A stretch of DNA of 57,589 nt from Octopus sinensis (lineage: Eukaryota). Below, in pieces: positions 50,774 through 57,589 of this stretch. The DNA is taken from contig NW_021833667.1 of NCBI RefSeq assembly GCF_006345805.1, forward strand, positions 1 to 57,589. The letters are read 5' to 3'. A model generated the notes under the pieces. It was not told the origin of the DNA and did not search any database. It worked only from the letters and a program-made list of their open reading frames with translations. A program made the position numbers and the translations under genes. The stretch's first letter is position 1, and each line of letters opens with the position of its first letter.

Positions 50774-51748
50774 TACGAGGGACGGCTGAAACGTCCATAG
50801 GCAGACCAAGATACACTCATGGAATGTGACCAAATGAGTTTTACTTTTCACCATAGTCCCGCTTGCTGCAGTGCTTGGATTCCGTTGGTAAAGAAGATTT
50901 AATCCTGATGGTCAAAAGAGTCATCAGCTTCAGATATGACGTCATCATCACTGCGATACCGATTCCCAGCTAAGTGTTTTTTTCATGTTGAGGAACAGAT
51001 GAAAGTCAGATAGTGTCAAATCAGGAGAATAGTGAGGGTTATCAACCAATTCAAAGCCACAGACACGCACAGCAGCTATTGTATAGGACTTGTGTGTGCT
51101 GGAGCAGTATCCTGATGAAACAAGACCACTGTCATCAGATTTCCTGAGCGTTCATACATGATAGCCTTTCGTAACTGCCTCAGAAAGTTGGCATAGTCTT
51201 CTGCATCGATGGTGTGGCCTTTTTGAAGTCAATAAGCACGATGCCTTTTGCATCCCCCCAAAACTAAGGCCATCTCATTCCCAGCAGATTAAACGACCAT
51301 GGCCTTCTTTGGAGCAGGTGAGGAGAGGGATTACCACTGCATGGATTGTCTCATTGTCTCTAGCTCAAAGTGATGGAGCCAGCATTCATCCTGGCTGAGG
51401 AAACGTTCAAGCAAACCAGCTGGGTCTGCCCAAACAATGTCAGATTTTCCCGTAATGCGATCAGTGTGGTGGGCCTTTGATCAGGTATCCGAAGATGTGT
51501 CCCCCACCGAGTGGAAAACCTTCGGCATGTCAATATTCTCAATTCTCTAAGGTGGTGAGCTGGCAGAAACGTATTTGATAATACCATTTATATTTCAAAT
51601 GTTCTTTGAACAATAGGATATCAGTTTACGGGGGGGGGGGGCAATGAGGTTATTAATAAGAAGGTTTCATATTCATGAATGCAAAATTTCACAAACCTAG
51701 CATCACTCCTTCATAGTTAGCCAATGAGCTTTTCAGCTCACCCTCGTA
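50774..51748 (-). mobile_element. Mariner (DD34D-type) transposon remnant
   Basis: TACGAGGG termini at both ends. Minus-strand motifs QDECWLHHFE, FHQDTAPAH and PHYSPDLTLSDFHLFLNMK, with stops and frameshifts. Confidence 0.92.
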
Positions 51749-51808
51749 CATTACATACATACAAACATACATACATCGCGTGTATTCATATGTATGTACG
51801 TATGTATG

Positions 51809-51853
<45 letters not shown>

Positions 51854-51888
51854 GTATATCTGCGTAATTGTCTGAGTGTACACAAACG

Positions 51889-51941
<53 letters not shown>

Positions 51942-52404
51942 TATGCGCCTGAGAAGGCGTAAGTAATTATATAACTAAATCTATACCACGGTTTCACACA
52001 TGCATTCTACGTGTAGTTATTCACTGTCCTATTTTAAGATGCTGTGGGGGGGGGATAGAATTACAAATGGTGGATAAACAATTAGTCATGTGATGTGCGA
52101 CGTATTGCGGATGTGGTGATCTACCTGTGATTCAGCAGAATTTTTGTGGTCGATTAATAAGAAATTCTGTACCTCGGCAGATGAATAGCATCACTCATCT
52201 TGCAAGTTAAAGATGCAAGCCTTCTATTTTCACAAAATGTATTCTCTGAAGAATTTTATACATCCATACACGCATACATGCACACCCATATATGCCTACA
52301 AACATTCATACGCATGTAAGTTTGAAAAACTAAATTCAATTATTTGACAATTCCTAATCAGTGTTATGTATCAATGTGTAATTACGCCTTAAATCCTTAA
52401 AAAA

Positions 52405-53265
52405 AAAGTTTTAGCCCGAAGGCCGCGGCCATGCTGGGGCACCACCGCTACACTAATATGTGAATCCACCTCTGATACGTGTCACTTGATTAACAAGGGA
52501 GTTCGATGCTGCTGCCCGCATCTGCGTCTCCTGTCGTGAGGTAGGTTCATCTGGGACTCCCGACAAGAAGAGATCCAGTTTAGTTTTAAAGAAACCCACA
52601 TCCACACCATGTAAGTCTCTCAGGCATTTAGGGAGGATGTTAAAGAGCTGTGGTCCTCTGAAACCCAAGCTGTTGCAGTATCTGGACCTGTATTTTGATG
52701 GTGATGTTGGAATCTTTGGCACCATGCAGTGGCGCCCCGTTCTGCGGTTGGGGTAACTTTGAATGCCAAAGTTTGGGACAAGACCCTCCAGGATTTTCCA
52801 GATGTATATCATCGCATATCTCTCCCGCCTCCGCTCTAGGGAGAAGAGGTTTAATACTTTCAGTCTTTCCCAGTAGCTGATATTTTGCATTGAGACGATC
52901 TTCTTTGTGTAGCTTCTCTGAATTGCTTCGAGTTCTGCTGTTAGTTTTATATTGTGTGGTGACCATAGTTGGGAGCAGTAGTCCAAGCGGCTGAGGACGA
53001 ATGTTTTCCAGAGGACCATCACTGTCTCCTTCTCTCTTGTTCTGAAAGTTCGGAGAATCCATCCAGCTTGCCGTCTGCATTTTATCACCAGATTAGTAAT
53101 ATGCACTTGGAAAGATGCATCATTGCTCATGTCAATGCCCAGGTCACGCACTGCCTATAGAACAATTCCAGGAACATCTGATAAGTATTTGAAAGAATTC
53201 GCTGGACAGAAGGTATGTAGAATAAGATGCTATGTCTTGAAGTACAGCAGCTGGAAATTTTGAAC
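52405..53265 (-). mobile_element. 3' portion of a CR1-group LINE
   Basis: ORF 52453-53151 has RDLGI, SRLDYCSQLWSP, LEAIQRSYTK and YWERLKVLNLFSLERRR. 3' tail GGTGCCCCAGCATGGCCGCGGCCTTCGGGCTAAAAC. Confidence 0.9.
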
Positions 53266-53963
53266 TGGCGATCCTGTAGTCAATTTAGCGACTTTCCTTT
53301 AACGAATTGTGCAAATAATGCTAAGACTTGGAGAGAATTAACAGAAATCCCTTCAGAAATGTGACACCATCGGCTGGACGTATCCTATCTCTCTCTTCAA
53401 TCTTTTCTCTTGTCAAAGAAAATATTTCTCCAGAGTTCGCTATTTTACCCTCGTTCTGGTTAAACGACCCTCCATGTTTGTTTTCGTTCGATTTCCACGT
53501 ATGTCGCCACTGTCCTGTTTTTGTCCCCAACTTTGACCCTCCATAAATCCCAAATTTTATTTTGGTACTTATGGGAGCAACTGTCTTCGAAGGCTCATAT
53601 TGTCGTTCAATGCTCAAAATGAGGAGTAGATAGTCAGCCGACGACTGATGAAGGGTCGTTCTTTATGTTACTTGTCCTGTTTTCCATTAGTTTCTCTGGT
53701 TGTTTGTATATTGAACTCATTTTTTTTCATATTCCATGTTGTTTACTGTTGGTGACGTCTTGTACTTATTCTATCGCTCGCTTTTGCCAAAACGCTATGG
53801 TTACGGGGACGTAAATACACCAGTATCGGTTGTTAAGCGATGTTGTGGGGACAAACAAACACTCAAACACATACATACATACATACATACATACATACAT
53901 ACATACATACATACATGCATGCATGCATGCATACATATATACATACATACATACATACACACA

Positions 53964-54022
<59 letters not shown>

Positions 54023-54390
54023 CACTCTATCGGTTACGAGGACAACGGTTCTAGTTGATCCAATCAACGAAATTAACGTTGCCTGCTCGTGAAATTAACG
54101 TGCAAGTGGCTGAGCATTCCACAGACACGTGTACCCTTAACGTAATTCTCGGGGAGATTCAGCGTGACACAGTGTGACAAGGTTGGCCCTTTGAAATACA
54201 GGTACAACATAAACAGGATGAAAGAATGAGAGAAAGCTGCGCTGAAAGAGTACAGCAGGGTTCGCCACAAACCACTGCCAGAGCTTCGTGGAGTTTTAAG
54301 TGTTTTTGCTCAATAAACACTCACAACGCCCAGTCTGGGAATCGACGCAAGTCTGCTGCCTTAACAACTGGGCCACTGTACCTACACACA

Positions 54391-54468
<78 letters not shown>

Positions 54469-54910
54469 AACACAAACACACACACACACATACACACATA
54501 TATATACGATGGGCTTCTTTCAGTTTCCGTCTACCAAATCCACTCACAGGGCTTTGGTAGACCCGAGGCTATAGAAGAAAACACTTGCCCAAGGTGTCAC
54601 GCAGTGGGACTGAACCCGGAACCATGTGGTTGGAAAGTAATCTACTTACCATACAGCCACTCGTATATATATATGTAATATATATACACATACATGCATA
54701 CATGCATACATACATACATACATACATACATACATACATACATACATACATACATAAGTTTTTAAACGCCCCAGAAGTGTGTAATGAATTCTTCAGTTTT
54801 AGGACGAAACTCTCAAATAAATGCTCATTAAATGCGGTATCGTGTGATTATATTTTCATGTGTGTATATTTGGTTATATGTGTGCATATATATGCACACA
54901 CACAGACACA

Positions 54911-54948
<38 letters not shown>

Positions 54949-55320
54949 ATGTATGTTTGCATGTTTGTATGTATGTATGCATACATACACATACAAACAT
55001 ACGCGAATGCATACATAGTTATTATAAATACATTAGCGTACACTGAATTATTTACATAGCACTGGTCTTCCATCTGTCTAAATAGACAAAAGTATGCACC
55101 TGGCTGCAGTGTTTTCTCGATGGTGCAAGGTTATGAGGCATTTATTTTTATTTTCGTATGAACATCCAAGGTTCCTTAGGCGTCATAAATTCTCCTTTCG
55201 GCCTTATTAGTGGGGTTCAGAGAGAATAAAGCGATATATCTGGCGCCAACTCCTGCTATCAAACCTTAGGGATTCTGAATAGCTTTCCGCGACCAAGTAT
55301 TTTTTTTTTACCCCAGTGTA

Positions 55321-55321
55321 A

Positions 55322-55375
<54 letters not shown>

Positions 55376-55393
55376 TCCATCCATCCATCCATC

Positions 55394-55468
<75 letters not shown>

Positions 55469-55477
55469 CATCTATCC

Positions 55478-55542
<65 letters not shown>

Positions 55543-55545
55543 CTG
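55321..55545. repeat. (TCTG)n(TCTA)n(TCCA)n compound microsatellite
   Basis: Directly visible. Confidence 0.98.
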
Positions 55546-55673
55546 TTCTCTTTTTCAGTCTTTTTTTTTGCATGTCTGTCTGATTGTCTATCTGCCAGTG
55601 GGCATGAATACATATCTATGCAGTTTTCCTAAGTATATATGTCTCCTTTTAGCTCTTTATATACTCATAGACA

Positions 55674-55715
<42 letters not shown>

Positions 55716-57365
55716 CACACACACACACATACACATACGCGTACATACATATGTACACACACGAACACTATACAGATAAAGGAATAATTCTCAAGGCGCG
55801 AATCAAAACAATGTAAAGACGCAAATATCAGCGCAGCTAAGAAAGGTGCACAACATATTTATGATTATTGTGCGATGTTTACTTATTTGCTTTCTATTAC
55901 TTATTTGCTGGAAAATGTTATGGGTAGTGGTGCACCTTATTTTATTGCTTTCCGTCAATGTAAAGATTTCATAATTGATTTTTGCGTTGAATCACAAATG
56001 ACAGAGAAAATAGGCTTGAAGAATGTTCTAGAAAGAAATGAGATAAGAGAGGATACGAATACAGAATACGGGGAGATAAATCATGATATACAGGTGTATT
56101 CTGGTGATAGCAGGTCAACCTTAAAAATGACGAAACGAAGCGTGGCGGGAGAAAGAAAAGAAGATAATAAGGAATTATAAAAGACTAAAAGAGAGAAAAA
56201 ATCACAAATGGTGAAACACTAAATAGTTACACCATACAAAATGTATATATAAAATTTCATTCATAGTGTTTCGCGACCCAATTCGTTATTGACCTCTGAA
56301 GAATTGGTCATTACGTTTTGATTCTTGGAAATATTCACGTGAAGATTACGATGAAATAGTTTCTAAGTGTAATTCTTCCATGTCTACAGGAAGTGTGGCA
56401 TTAAGAGCCGCAAGGTAATGAACCGTTTGACAATTTGATAGCAGAATTTTTGATACCGAAATGGCCACTTCTTACAATAAAGGTGCACAGAACATCAATA
56501 GGTTTGGTTCCCATGAGAGTAGAAATCTTACATTTTTGGACTCTTGTCATCTAATAGAGAACAGAAAAAGAAGTTGACCGTCCGGACAAAAATAACTAAT
56601 ATATACTATAGTATTTCACTGAACGAGATGTGAAATAAATATAAAAGTCCATTCGTTGGAAATTTGGAGATTATACTCAACCCATTCGACTTAATATCAA
56701 ATTCCATCAAAATTATTAACTTGGTTCAGGAAAATGAATGCGTTGTTGAATTAAACATTGGAAGCGAGGCCAACACAGCTTTGGACTTTCTAACAGTTCA
56801 CTGAAGAGCAAGACTTTAAAGCGTGAAACTTTTCTCTTTTCATCGAAAAGGAACATAAAGATGACAAGGTATGAAATGCCGACATGATATTTCAGTTAGT
56901 TGTTTGCTACCCTATTTGAGTGCACATCACCTCTCGCATATCCCAATGGGCGAAGGGACATGATAGCTGGAGCTGAAAAGGAATACGGCAAGACACTGAA
57001 CATAGTAAGAAGGACACTTAATTTGAAACGGTGTACGTTCTTGCGATGGCCTTTCTGGCCGAAAGATAACATCAACCGAAGGGTTCGCGTTCAATCCTTA
57101 CTAAAGGTGGCATTTCAAAAGCAGCAGGACGACACCTAGGAGTCATGACTTATGTGCGCACGGCTCCCACAAGAGTGTCTGAGACTAACGAACCAAAAAC
57201 ATTTATTTGACTAGAGTTTTCTCTGAAAATTTCTCCAGCTCTCTACTCGACCCATATCAAGTTTCCACTTATTAATACAGAATTTTATATAATTTTGTTT
57301 CCATACATCATTAGATACTTCACTACGGTGTATATATACAGAGTAGATATACAGTATATATATAT

Positions 57366-57443
<78 letters not shown>

Positions 57444-57589
57444 CGGTTAATATACTCATGATTCTCTTGGTGGTGTGCTGACGAAAACTACACATGCTCA
57501 TAGACTTTCAACAGTGACTGACTACTAGAAATAACGGTTCGGAAATACAGAAAACAATATTATATATATTCTGCTATGTCTGGGGAGAG

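Noticed and set aside
56292-56340. CTGAAGA...GAAATATTC
   Set aside because: No stem I or stem II pairing.

Overview
AT-rich, microsatellite-saturated eukaryotic genomic DNA. The SINE repertoire suggests a coleoid cephalopod, probably Octopus (inference from recalled repeat families, not a database match). No complete host protein-coding gene is evident. Most ORFs in the track are (CA)n/(TA)n/(TATG)n artefacts, and there are only weak candidate exons (34541-34707, 47119-47245). Recognisable transposons: at least four tRNA-type SINE families; a TIR/TSD-delimited AcademX-like DNA transposon (16833-20142); a mariner remnant; a Merlin-like element; several MITEs with 8-bp TSDs; and R4/Dong, L1/Tx1, CR1-group and RTE LINE fragments. 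The most striking signal is an unusually high density of type I hammerhead ribozyme (HHR) motifs from about six sequence families. The best example is a head-to-tail array of three ~555-565 bp units (9857-11575). Each unit carries a dimer-type HHR inside a long self-complementary RNA, and the array is preceded by an inverted fragment. This fits a non-LTR retrozyme or Penelope pseudo-LTR system that could yield circular RNA. Several other HHRs occur as head-to-head inverted pairs, with ribozyme cores on both strands. All alignments and folds were done by eye.
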